Positions 56,492 through 64,000 of a DNA stretch of 64,000 nt are shown here, piece after piece (position 1 is the stretch's first letter; each line of letters starts with the position of its first letter). Origin of the DNA: a virus (taxonomy: Duplodnaviria > Caudoviricetes). The position numbers and the translations under genes were made by a program. Below the pieces are notes generated by a model, which was given only the letters and a program-made list of their open reading frames with translations, was not told the DNA's origin and searched no databases. The stretch spans positions 173,172 to 237,171 of IMG/VR virus record IMGVR_UViG_3300014205_000172; one strand, written 5' to 3'.

Positions 56492-57298
56492 CTACGCCCG
56501 GTTGAAGTGGAAGTACGCATCGCCATTGAACTCAGGCGTCACGACATTCTTTTGAATGATGACGTGGCTGTACGCAGTGTTAGCGCCAGGAACGTCGGTA
56601 GTAGCATGTAATGTGACGCCAATACCTGTGCCAAATACGTTGACCGGATAATCGGCGAATCCGTTCTGAGCCATTATTGCTTTGACTTCCTGCGGGAACC
56701 ACCAGCCGTCACCATAGAGCTTCAACTTTGATTGATCTTCTGTAAAGTCAAATCCCCATGTTGCCATGGACATGGATTTCTTGTTACTAACGATTGGGTC
56801 CGGAAATGCCAATATTGGCAACGTACGGTTCACTACGGCTGAAGTGATATCCGGCCGCAGACGAATAAATTGAACGACCATCCGTCCTTCGTACGCCAGG
56901 GAATATGGCTGAATAACGAACTGAAGGTTGGCCTGCTCATTACCCCCCAGCCAAACAATAGACTGGTCGACGATGTCGTTGGGCTCTAACGACAGACCTG
57001 TCGCCTTGTTGATCACTGGCAACAGTCTAGTTAAACTGGTTTGACCAATAGCCTCAACCACAGGTCGGATCTCTTTAAAGATAATCGAGAGATTCAGGCG
57101 CTTATAGTTGAGTACCGCGTACCCTTCGTAGTCCTCGTTGTTAAACTGAGTGACTACGGGGAGTCGCGTACCACCCCCTGCTACTGATTTCGGAATACCG
57201 TAATACAGATCGCCAGGCTCCAATGGCACGGGTAAAACGTTGTTTGCATTGATAAGTTCCACCAATGCCTGTTCAGATGTTCCTTGTAGAAGGAGCAT
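56492..57298 (-). CDS. virion structural/tail fibre-associated protein
   Basis: YKRLNL...SLAYEG...YFHFN; start MLLLQG after AGGAG. Confidence 0.75.
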   Translation of the reverse strand: MLLLQGTSEQALVELINANNVLPVPLEPGDLYYGIPKSVAGGGTRLPVVTQFNNEDYEGYAVLNYKRLNLSIIFKEIRPVVEAIGQTSLTRLLPVINKATGLSLEPNDIVDQSIVWLGGNEQANLQFVIQPYSLAYEGRMVVQFIRLRPDITSAVVNRTLPILAFPDPIVSNKKSMSMATWGFDFTEDQSKLKLYGDGWWFPQEVKAIMAQNGFADYPVNVFGTGIGVTLHATTDVPGANTAYSHVIIQKNVVTPEFNGDAYFHFNRA

Positions 57299-57334
57299 GA
57301 CGTATCTCCTGACTAAATCATAACCGACATAGGT

Positions 57335-57376
57335 GTGTAGACGAGGATGAGGCAAACACCCCATCCTCGTCTACAC
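57335..57376 (-). terminator. intergenic hairpin
   Basis: 15-bp stem GTGTAGACGAGGATG/CATCCTCGTCTACAC. Confidence 0.7.
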
Positions 57377-57393
57377 GGGGTAACTACCGATAC

Positions 57394-57942
57394 TTACGGA
57401 GTAACAGGCGGAGCGGCGTAGGTCAGGCCGTCCATTTCGGCAACAGGGATTGCAGTGGCCAGATCGACGTCGTCAGCTTTGAGCGTCAGCGTGATGCTGC
57501 CGGTGTAGACGAGGGAGTCGGCCTTTACAACAATCTGCACTGGGTGGGTTTCGTTCACTGTGCCGGCGAAGGTCGGCAGGTCACCATCGGTGAAGTCGTC
57601 GCCAGTCAGGGCGATGTTCAGGCGAGCATTCAGCTCTGGGATCAGGTCAGCGATCTTGGTAGCGTCGCCGATGCTAAATACCAGGTCACGGCCAGTCGCG
57701 GAGGCAACAAACGCAGCGCCGACGTCAGTGCCCAGATGCAGACGGTTATAGCGAATGATGCGCGTGTTTTTGTAACCAGAACCGGCAGCGGCGACGAGGG
57801 ACAGGCTGGTATTTTGACCAGTAGGCTCAACTTCTGGCAGGCCTGCCCAGGTGAAAGTTGCCAGAGTGAAACCTGCGCCAGACTTGGCATTGACCATATC
57901 CAGAATAATCTGTTTTGGCGCTTTGGTTAAATCGTTAGCCAT
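57394..57942 (-). CDS. virion structural protein (N-domain only)
   Basis: YNRLHL...LIPELNARLNI.LT...SLVYTG...MDGLTYA; biased codons. Confidence 0.75.
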   Translation of the reverse strand: MANDLTKAPKQIILDMVNAKSGAGFTLATFTWAGLPEVEPTGQNTSLSLVAAAGSGYKNTRIIRYNRLHLGTDVGAAFVASATGRDLVFSIGDATKIADLIPELNARLNIALTGDDFTDGDLPTFAGTVNETHPVQIVVKADSLVYTGSITLTLKADDVDLATAIPVAEMDGLTYAAPPVTP

Positions 57943-58021
57943 GAAAAGAACTCCAAGGGTGTAGTGGGACTATGGTCGAATACTGACACATAGAATTGAA
58001 GACTATTTGCGCGATTGTCGA

Positions 58022-58555
58022 CTACACCTGAGGGGGTGCGTACGTCAAACCATCCATATGCACATCCGGAATAGCAAAATAAAGATCGTTACTATCGCGG
58101 ATCAATTTTACAAGCAATGTGTCCTTATAGACCAACGATGCAGGTAACACTTGAATCAAGACATCCACCCCACCTTCATCATCCTGGATCTCGGGGAGGT
58201 TAAAGTCAATGATGCGATCAGCCGTCAACTTTATCTGTAACCGCTCATTTAACTCTGGGAGTAGGTCGCTGATAAATTGCTTGCCGAACGGATCAAACGT
58301 TAAATCGGTAACGCCAGGTTCTACAAACTTACTCAGAGGTACCCGGTTGTAGTAAAACGTTTGGCTACCGTGGTACTGGTAGCCGGGTCTTGCAGTTGCT
58401 ACGATCATGGTGTTACGGTTAATGTCCACAGTCGGTGTAAAGACCTGGGGGTTACCGAAACTTACCATTAAAGGATATAAACTTTTATTGCTGTTGTCGC
58501 GGCGGATCAGATCGATCAGTACATCAATCTCATCGCGAGTATAATCAGTAGCCAT
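58022..58555 (-). CDS. virion structural protein (N-domain only)
   Basis: YYNRVPL...LLPELNERLQI.LT...SLVY...MDGLTYA. Confidence 0.75.
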   Translation of the reverse strand: MATDYTRDEIDVLIDLIRRDNSNKSLYPLMVSFGNPQVFTPTVDINRNTMIVATARPGYQYHGSQTFYYNRVPLSKFVEPGVTDLTFDPFGKQFISDLLPELNERLQIKLTADRIIDFNLPEIQDDEGGVDVLIQVLPASLVYKDTLLVKLIRDSNDLYFAIPDVHMDGLTYAPPQV

Positions 58556-58580
58556 GACTTACGATCTCGTGAGGTGGGGA

Positions 58581-59069
58581 TCAATCCAATCCGTTAAGGA
58601 CATTATTAGGGAACGCTACTGACAACTCCTCTATCGTTATTTCAGCGATGGAGACAACCAGCTCACCTGTCCAGATTAAAGAATTACCAACCACCTTAAT
58701 AGTAAAGAGGTCATCTTTAAATGTAAGGGATTCTATTTCACTGGCGTGGATCACAAAGTTGTATTTGTTCTTCAGTGCTATCAACAAGCCTGCGCCGTTC
58801 CATGACTCCACCTGGACACTAGGCAGTGTAACGCCAATATCTGCAAATGCTTGTTGCATGTCCAAACGGGTATAATAGTAGACGTAACTACCTTCAACAA
58901 ACTGAGTGTCGGCTGTGACGCCAACCATGGTGTTAGTGCCGCCTTCGAAATCCCCAGCCGTAGGGTCAGTGAACGTTAAGTCTTTTGCGGTCAACGTTAC
59001 ATTGAATTCGTCCAGGTAGCTCTGGTTTGTCGACACGATTAAATCGGTCAACATTTGCTTGTTGGTCAT
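58581..59069 (-). CDS. virion structural protein (N-domain only)
   Basis: YYTRLDM...SLIWTG...LNGL; start MTNKQ. Confidence 0.7.
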   Translation of the reverse strand: MTNKQMLTDLIVSTNQSYLDEFNVTLTAKDLTFTDPTAGDFEGGTNTMVGVTADTQFVEGSYVYYYTRLDMQQAFADIGVTLPSVQVESWNGAGLLIALKNKYNFVIHASEIESLTFKDDLFTIKVVGNSLIWTGELVVSIAEITIEELSVAFPNNVLNGLD

Positions 59070-59116
59070 CGGGTTGTACCTGGGGAAGTTATCGAGTACA
59101 TAAAAGAGCAGCATAC

Positions 59117-59153
59117 TTAACTTTTTTACAGTCATACATCACGTACTTGAACA
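59117..59153 (+). promoter_or_regulatory. phage early-type promoter; 27-bp exact repeat of 42199-42225
   Basis: TTAACTTTTTTACAGTCATACATCACG then TACTT-GAACA. Confidence 0.75.
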
Positions 59154-59183
59154 AACTCACCTTATCCTTAGGAGGATTAGCAG

Positions 59184-59621
59184 ATGGTCAGCTTACAGTT
59201 TACAAAATCCCTTGAAGCATTTAAAAACGTCGCGGCTATGACCAAGGCGTTTAGTAACATGGGACCTGTTCTGCGTAGAGAAGCAATTCTGTACGCGCAG
59301 CAATATTCGGAAAAAGTCGAAGTCGGCCGGAAGTGGGCCTGGACTGGCGAGAAGGGTACAAGCGTCATGGTCGCTGGCATCGCTGGGCACGTACTCTTTG
59401 ACAGTTCGTTGAATGTCAAGATCTGCGATAACTACAAAGCGACCGCTATCTATAAGCGGAAACCTGACTTGCTGATTAATCTCTTGGAGTATGCCTTTTA
59501 CGAAGGCTATCCAATGTTTGCCCTGATTGAAGCACTGGATAAACAAGTCCAGTGTCATGAACACACTATCGATGGGTTTGTAAAAATCCACGAATCCCTC
59601 GTACGTTTACAATTGAGCTAA
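59184..59621 (+). CDS. hypothetical protein
   Basis: AGGAGG hairpin SD. Confidence 0.75.
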   Translation: MVSLQFTKSLEAFKNVAAMTKAFSNMGPVLRREAILYAQQYSEKVEVGRKWAWTGEKGTSVMVAGIAGHVLFDSSLNVKICDNYKATAIYKRKPDLLINLLEYAFYEGYPMFALIEALDKQVQCHEHTIDGFVKIHESLVRLQLS

Positions 59622-59632
59622 TGGAGCCGATC

Positions 59633-59989
59633 ATGACTCACGTCAACATCACCGTAGATAACAACGACCTGGTTGTATACCTGGATAAAGATAAACGTCC
59701 AGCCGGCATGCCAAAAGTCGGTACAGTGCCCTTGACCATCAAACCGGGTTCTGTGCGGGAACTGGTACAGGTCAGCGGCTTCATCCGTGTGTACAACGAT
59801 AAGCGCGGCCGTGCCGAGTTCGAGCAAGAACTGCGTCAGCAGATCGAACGCCCAGGCGTGTTGCTGCAACTGTTTGGTGAGCTGGGCGAAAACCCAAGTA
59901 CCAACAAAATGAACCCGTCTATCCATACCCGTAAACAATCCGGTTGGCTACGTCCTGGAGAGACGCCTAAATCTACAGCAAAGCAATAA
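59633..59989 (+). CDS. hypothetical protein
   Basis: GGAG SD before MTHVN. Confidence 0.7.
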   Translation: MTHVNITVDNNDLVVYLDKDKRPAGMPKVGTVPLTIKPGSVRELVQVSGFIRVYNDKRGRAEFEQELRQQIERPGVLLQLFGELGENPSTNKMNPSIHTRKQSGWLRPGETPKSTAKQ

Positions 59990-60022
59990 CCCCCGTAACG
60001 CCAACGTCCTTTGGAGGACCCG

Positions 60023-60370
60023 ATGAGCAAAGCTGCAGAGTCAAGATTGAAGAAGGCGGTATCCGAACTCAATTCGGATCTGGATATGTTAGCCAAGGTA
60101 TTGGGTCAGCACTGCCCTCTGTACGATGAGATCACCACCTGTGATCGTGACTTTTTGAAAGTCAAAGTTGTAGTTGATGGCAAGATCGTTGCGATTCATT
60201 ACACTTTGGAAAAGGAAGGTTTTGGTAACACTGTCCATTACATGGGTGGTGAAGTCAGTCAATTTACATTTGAGCGGTTCTGTGAGACGTTCTACGGCGG
60301 AGTAGTTAAACATACAGCCTGTCGTTCAGCCAATCACAGAATAAGCATTGACGCTGATTTCAGCAAATAA
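60023..60370 (+). CDS. hypothetical protein
   Basis: GGAGG hairpin SD before ATG 60023. Confidence 0.75.
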   Translation: MSKAAESRLKKAVSELNSDLDMLAKVLGQHCPLYDEITTCDRDFLKVKVVVDGKIVAIHYTLEKEGFGNTVHYMGGEVSQFTFERFCETFYGGVVKHTACRSANHRISIDADFSK

Positions 60371-60396
60371 ATTAACTGTCCTAAGGGGGACTTATA

Positions 60397-61002
60397 ATGC
60401 GTATCATCAAACTCGAAAAGAAACTTGGTCAGTCGCAACGCATCGTCGTCAGTGAAAATGGTGCAAGCGTGGTGCTGACTTTGCCATGCGGCATTAGCTT
60501 TAACGAAGAAAGCGGTCGCTTCAACACTTGGATCATCAATGATGAAACCAGGGGCTGGAGAAACAAAAGCTGGTCGGCTAAGAAACACGGCGCCGTAGTG
60601 GCGTTTGAGAACGCGGTAGAGGCTCGTGAAGAGTCTTTGAAGTTCCTGCTCAATCGTCGTTTGCTGCCACGCATTCGCCGCGAGTACGAGTACCGTGAGA
60701 TCAAAGGCCTTATCGTCGTCCGTGATCCTTTGGAGAAGAAGAATCGCTATTTCTCTTCACTTAAGGCCGCGGTCGTGTTCAACAAAGAAATCACGAAGAA
60801 ATGGATTAATGAGTACCTGTTTGATAAGGCGTCGTTGATCCAAGACTACAGTGATAGCTCTGCTTCCAAAACACAGAGCAAGTTGGCTCAGCAGTTGACT
60901 GAAGCGTTCGCCAAAGAGTTTGGTGCATTTGAGCGCAGTGTGCTCAATACGCCAGGTCAGTTCCGCACCATGCTGCAAGATATCTCGGAGACTCGTCACT
61001 GA
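60397..61002 (+). CDS. AP2-like DNA-binding domain protein without HNH
   Basis: LPCGISF....GRF..WI...RNKSWSAKKHG...AF..AV.AR. Confidence 0.55.
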   Translation: MRIIKLEKKLGQSQRIVVSENGASVVLTLPCGISFNEESGRFNTWIINDETRGWRNKSWSAKKHGAVVAFENAVEAREESLKFLLNRRLLPRIRREYEYREIKGLIVVRDPLEKKNRYFSSLKAAVVFNKEITKKWINEYLFDKASLIQDYSDSSASKTQSKLAQQLTEAFAKEFGAFERSVLNTPGQFRTMLQDISETRH

Positions 61003-61147
61003 TGCTGCCGACCAATGAGGAACTCGATAAACGCGCCCGTGATCGTGAATCACAGGAACTCATTAACAAAACTATCTTCTGCCTGAAGCTGATCTCGATC
61101 TCTGGCGTTGTAGTGCTGATCATTCAAATAGTCAAGGAGGTTATCTA

Positions 61148-61348
61148 ATGGCCCGGCGTAAAGAACCCATTGATATCTTTCTTTGGGTATTGACAGCGCT
61201 GTTTGTGATCCTGTTGAACATCACGGTGGCTTTTAATAGACCGTCTCAGGAAGAGCTTGCGTGCGCGTCTAACGCGAGCCGCACCAGTGCCCTGCTCCTT
61301 GCTTCACCTCAGGTCGCAAACCACAAATACCGCTGCTACACGCGCTAA
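61148..61348 (+). CDS. small membrane protein
   Basis: AAGGAGG SD; one TM segment. Confidence 0.6.
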   Translation: MARRKEPIDIFLWVLTALFVILLNITVAFNRPSQEELACASNASRTSALLLASPQVANHKYRCYTR

Positions 61349-61352
61349 CAGA

Positions 61353-61396
61353 CATATGGCCAGGGCACAACGCCCTGGCTATATGCTTTCTTTTTA
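61353..61396 (+). terminator. intrinsic terminator
   Basis: CATATGGCCAGGGC...GCCCTGGCTATATG-CTTTCTTTTT, same family as 5399 and 45457. Confidence 0.8.
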
Positions 61397-61416
61397 TATT
61401 CCTAGGGGAATCTAGC

Positions 61417-61929
61417 ATGGATTACGTAACTAAACTGGTTGGTGGTTCTAAGTTGATTAAATGCCCAACTTCGCCAGATAAAAAGTTTATCGATTTTGCA
61501 CGCAGTCTGAAAGCGCATCGGCATTATCTTATCCTTGAAGATAAGAACGATGGGACGTTCTCGTTTACTAACGTCATGGCACATAAGCTCGATAGTCATC
61601 TGAAGCGCATCAATAACGGGAAAACCAATAAACCCGTGATGAAGCGATATCCTACCGCTGAAGCCTTCCACCGGAATATTACAGTCTGGCTTGAAATTGA
61701 GTGTAGTGAGATCAATATTGAACACTTCACTCTCGGCAAGTGGATGGATAACAAAGCACAGATTGCGCGGGCTAAGCGCCTTTCAAGGCTTTTGATGACA
61801 GGCGGTCGTATTGCAGACCGGCGTGAGTTCTGGAAAGAGCACTACACCGATGCATGTAAATACATCAATACCGTTGTCGATGCTGCGTGGAGTATCCCAC
61901 TTCCGTCTGCTCTGAGCACTCCTGTTTAA
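61417..61929 (+). CDS. hypothetical protein, paralog of 62870..63391
   Basis: Shares VTK...K.P...E.K.DG...P.A..FH.NI.VW..IE...TLGKW.D. Confidence 0.8.
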   Translation: MDYVTKLVGGSKLIKCPTSPDKKFIDFARSLKAHRHYLILEDKNDGTFSFTNVMAHKLDSHLKRINNGKTNKPVMKRYPTAEAFHRNITVWLEIECSEINIEHFTLGKWMDNKAQIARAKRLSRLLMTGGRIADRREFWKEHYTDACKYINTVVDAAWSIPLPSALSTPV

Positions 61930-61948
61930 TTGTCCTAAGGAGGACTAC

Positions 61949-62692
61949 ATGAACGTATTTGACAAAGCTCTTAAATCGTTTAACAAACGGGCCGTGCTGC
62001 AGAAAGCCGCTTTAGGCAAAGCGGAAGGTAGTTGGGTAAATGCCGAAGGGCAAAACGTACTGCCTCCTGTAATGTGGGACTTCGTATCGGGTCCGGGCAT
62101 TGCACTCTCTTCAAACCCAGAATTACCTGAAGACCATTTCAAGCTCGGCTCTGGGATCGGCCGTTTCTTTTCAGGTATTAACGCAGAACCAAGTCCACAC
62201 TATCCTGGTGTTCATCTCAATCCCATCCATGCCTTGCGTGAACGTCCAGAACTCTACACGGGCGATAATGGCGGCCGTGCAGGCCGTTCGTTGCTGACAC
62301 CCAAATATAAAGCCATTGCTGACCGTATAAATGGCGGTGTAATCTCGGAGTGTTCGGTGGATAGCAGCGATGTTGGCTCGCTAACATACAGCGCTGGTCA
62401 TCAGCCAATTGATCGTGATACTTATCGCGTACCGAACTATGACAACTTCATCATCCGACCCGCGCTGAAGCTGTCGTACGTAGAAGCCTTTAAACTGCTT
62501 CGTCTTCAGATTATCGCCCGATTGAACAAAAATTGTCAGCATTATCTGGCTAGATCGATCAGAACGAGTGCCCCTAACTTACACCCACAGATTACGAGAA
62601 AAATGGTTGGTCGAATCATCCAAGACTTACTTGTTGAAGACGCCGACCATCTCGCACCCTACTTTGCCGAAAAATTCGGCGCAGCGTTCTAA
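61949..62692 (+). CDS. hypothetical protein, N-terminus paralogous to 63411
   Basis: MNVFDKALKSFN. Confidence 0.75.
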   Translation: MNVFDKALKSFNKRAVLQKAALGKAEGSWVNAEGQNVLPPVMWDFVSGPGIALSSNPELPEDHFKLGSGIGRFFSGINAEPSPHYPGVHLNPIHALRERPELYTGDNGGRAGRSLLTPKYKAIADRINGGVISECSVDSSDVGSLTYSAGHQPIDRDTYRVPNYDNFIIRPALKLSYVEAFKLLRLQIIARLNKNCQHYLARSIRTSAPNLHPQITRKMVGRIIQDLLVEDADHLAPYFAEKFGAAF

Positions 62693-62702
62693 GGAGAACA
62701 TA

Positions 62703-62846
62703 ATGGCAGTCAAAAAACGCTACAAGAGAAAGAAGTCTGATAGCAATACAGATATCACGATTCCTTGGGATGTTGCCATTTTGGTTTCTAAGCTTCATAA
62801 CGATAGCGCAAGGGTCAGACAAACCCGCGCCAAAAAAGATAACTAA
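62703..62846 (+). CDS. small basic protein
   Basis: AAGGAG hairpin SD; MAVKKRYKRKK. Confidence 0.55.
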   Translation: MAVKKRYKRKKSDSNTDITIPWDVAILVSKLHNDSARVRQTRAKKDN

Positions 62847-62869
62847 CTTTATTCCTAGGGGAATTGATA

Positions 62870-63391
62870 ATGGAACATGTTACTAAAACTTTGTACGGAT
62901 ATACTTTGCTGAAAGTGCCCGAAGGTGAATTCAGTGAAGCGTTTTACGAATATCTATTAAAAGAACATTACGAGCTCCGGTGCCGCGTTAACTTTCTTAT
63001 TGAGCATAAGAAAGATGGCCGTGTTGCATTTAGCAGCGCAATTGAAAGCACCGTACGTAACATGCTGCAACGTTTCAGCCGTGGTCAGACTGTGAAGTGT
63101 GTCCAGACACTGTTTCCAACGGCAAGGCGGTTTCACAATAACATCAATGTTTGGGCGGTAATTGAAGAACCGGCGCGCAATGTCTTAACGCTGGAGATCC
63201 TCACGCTGGGTAAGTGGTTTGATAAAACCGCCGAGAAGCACAAATGTAAACGTCTAGCCGAAAGACACGTTCGGGCCGTGCCGCATAGTTACCATGCAGT
63301 AACTCGGTTCCTCAAAGACGCTGCCAAGATTCGTCCAGATCTGATTGAATTTATCAACCAGCATTCAGGTAAATGGCAAGTTCAAATTTAA
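62870..63391 (+). CDS. hypothetical protein, paralog of 61417..61929
   Basis: Same motifs and the identical leader ATTCCTAGGGGAAT. Confidence 0.8.
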   Translation: MEHVTKTLYGYTLLKVPEGEFSEAFYEYLLKEHYELRCRVNFLIEHKKDGRVAFSSAIESTVRNMLQRFSRGQTVKCVQTLFPTARRFHNNINVWAVIEEPARNVLTLEILTLGKWFDKTAEKHKCKRLAERHVRAVPHSYHAVTRFLKDAAKIRPDLIEFINQHSGKWQVQI

Positions 63392-63410
63392 CCGTTCTAA
63401 GGAGAACATA

Positions 63411-64000
63411 ATGAAAGTATTTGCAAAAGCTTTGAAGTCGTTCAACCAAAAAGCACGCCTTCCAACTTTCCGTTTGTGTAACCAAGCATTCCTCACGGTC
63501 TTCGCGCAAGAAATCGAAGATATGCAAAGCAAGAAAGGCATTGTTCGCAAACCTTTAAGGAACAATAATCCGCTTACAGCGGCCGATCATGGGCCAGTCA
63601 ACATCCAACCGGTCATTACGCCAACGACGCTCGGTAGTTTGCTTGAGTCGTCTAAGGCATTTCCCGTATCGGCGGCGCGGCAGGAGATGTTCAGCCTGCA
63701 CCGCAAACCGTTTGAGCGTTCTGAAGAGTGTCCCGCATTCTCCCTTCCGGGAGGTGAGGTTACTGAGTCGAATCAAGAACTGAAGCCGATTGTCGTTGAT
63801 GAAAGTTCGCAGTTCGCAGAGGGGGGTAAAAAACCAGTTACCTTTGCTGACTTTGGCCGTCGTCATAGACCTTGGGGTATCGCAGAGACGGAGACCTTTA
63901 ACTGGATGTCTGACGACAGTGAGGTAGCTCAAGCGATCACCGAAGATTTGACGACTATTGCCAATGCCGTTAAGTGGACTACGGATATCCAGTTTTATTA
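63411..64000 (+). CDS. hypothetical protein, 3'-truncated and absent from the ORF track
   Basis: MKVFAKALKSFNQK...; frame read open to the window end; AAGGAG SD. Confidence 0.75.
   Translation, partial: MKVFAKALKSFNQKARLPTFRLCNQAFLTVFAQEIEDMQSKKGIVRKPLRNNNPLTAADHGPVNIQPVITPTTLGSLLESSKAFPVSAARQEMFSLHRKPFERSEECPAFSLPGGEVTESNQELKPIVVDESSQFAEGGKKPVTFADFGRRHRPWGIAETETFNWMSDDSEVAQAITEDLTTIANAVKWTTDIQFY

Noticed and set aside
29718-63407. Calling the SD hairpins canonical RsmA/CsrA sites
   Set aside because: The register differs from CANGGANG and several loops are not followed by A, so this is kept only as a hypothesis.
1-64000. CRISPR or TIGR-like repeat-spacer array
   Set aside because: No regularly spaced direct repeats; the repeated elements are dispersed promoters and hairpins.

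Overview
A 64 kb slice of a phiKZ-like (Chimalliviridae-type) jumbo phage genome, about 48% GC by eye; a Pseudomonas-like host is inferred from the Dcd sequence and overall style. 1-36.1 kb is a dense + strand run of mostly small hypothetical genes, interspersed with a TAXI solute-binding protein, a Nudix hydrolase, a DHH phosphoesterase, a QueC-like protein, an HD hydrolase, an ATP-grasp ligase, dCTP deaminase, Rz/Rz1 spanins, an HslV-like Ntn hydrolase and an AAA ATPase. 36.1-42 kb encodes probable head-packaged proteins carrying (S/A)-x-E prohead-protease sites: a ParB-N + ART-like fusion, an internal head protein, an SF2 helicase with an ART-like tail, and a tandem GNAT. 46.7-59.1 kb is a - strand array of 16 paralogous tail/fibre-type structural genes. 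59.1-64 kb is another early-type + strand operon with a duplicated cassette. Non-coding signals read from the sequence: (i) a six-copy promoter-like motif TACAT-N9-G(A/G/C)A(C/T)A; (ii) 13 ribosome-binding sites folded into covarying NNGG-loop hairpins; (iii) about 20 intergenic hairpins, many bracketed by CATA/TATGC; (iv) five candidate structured ncRNAs sharing short motifs. No CRISPR array, tRNA, rRNA or transposase was recognised. All family calls are from remembered motifs; no database search was run.
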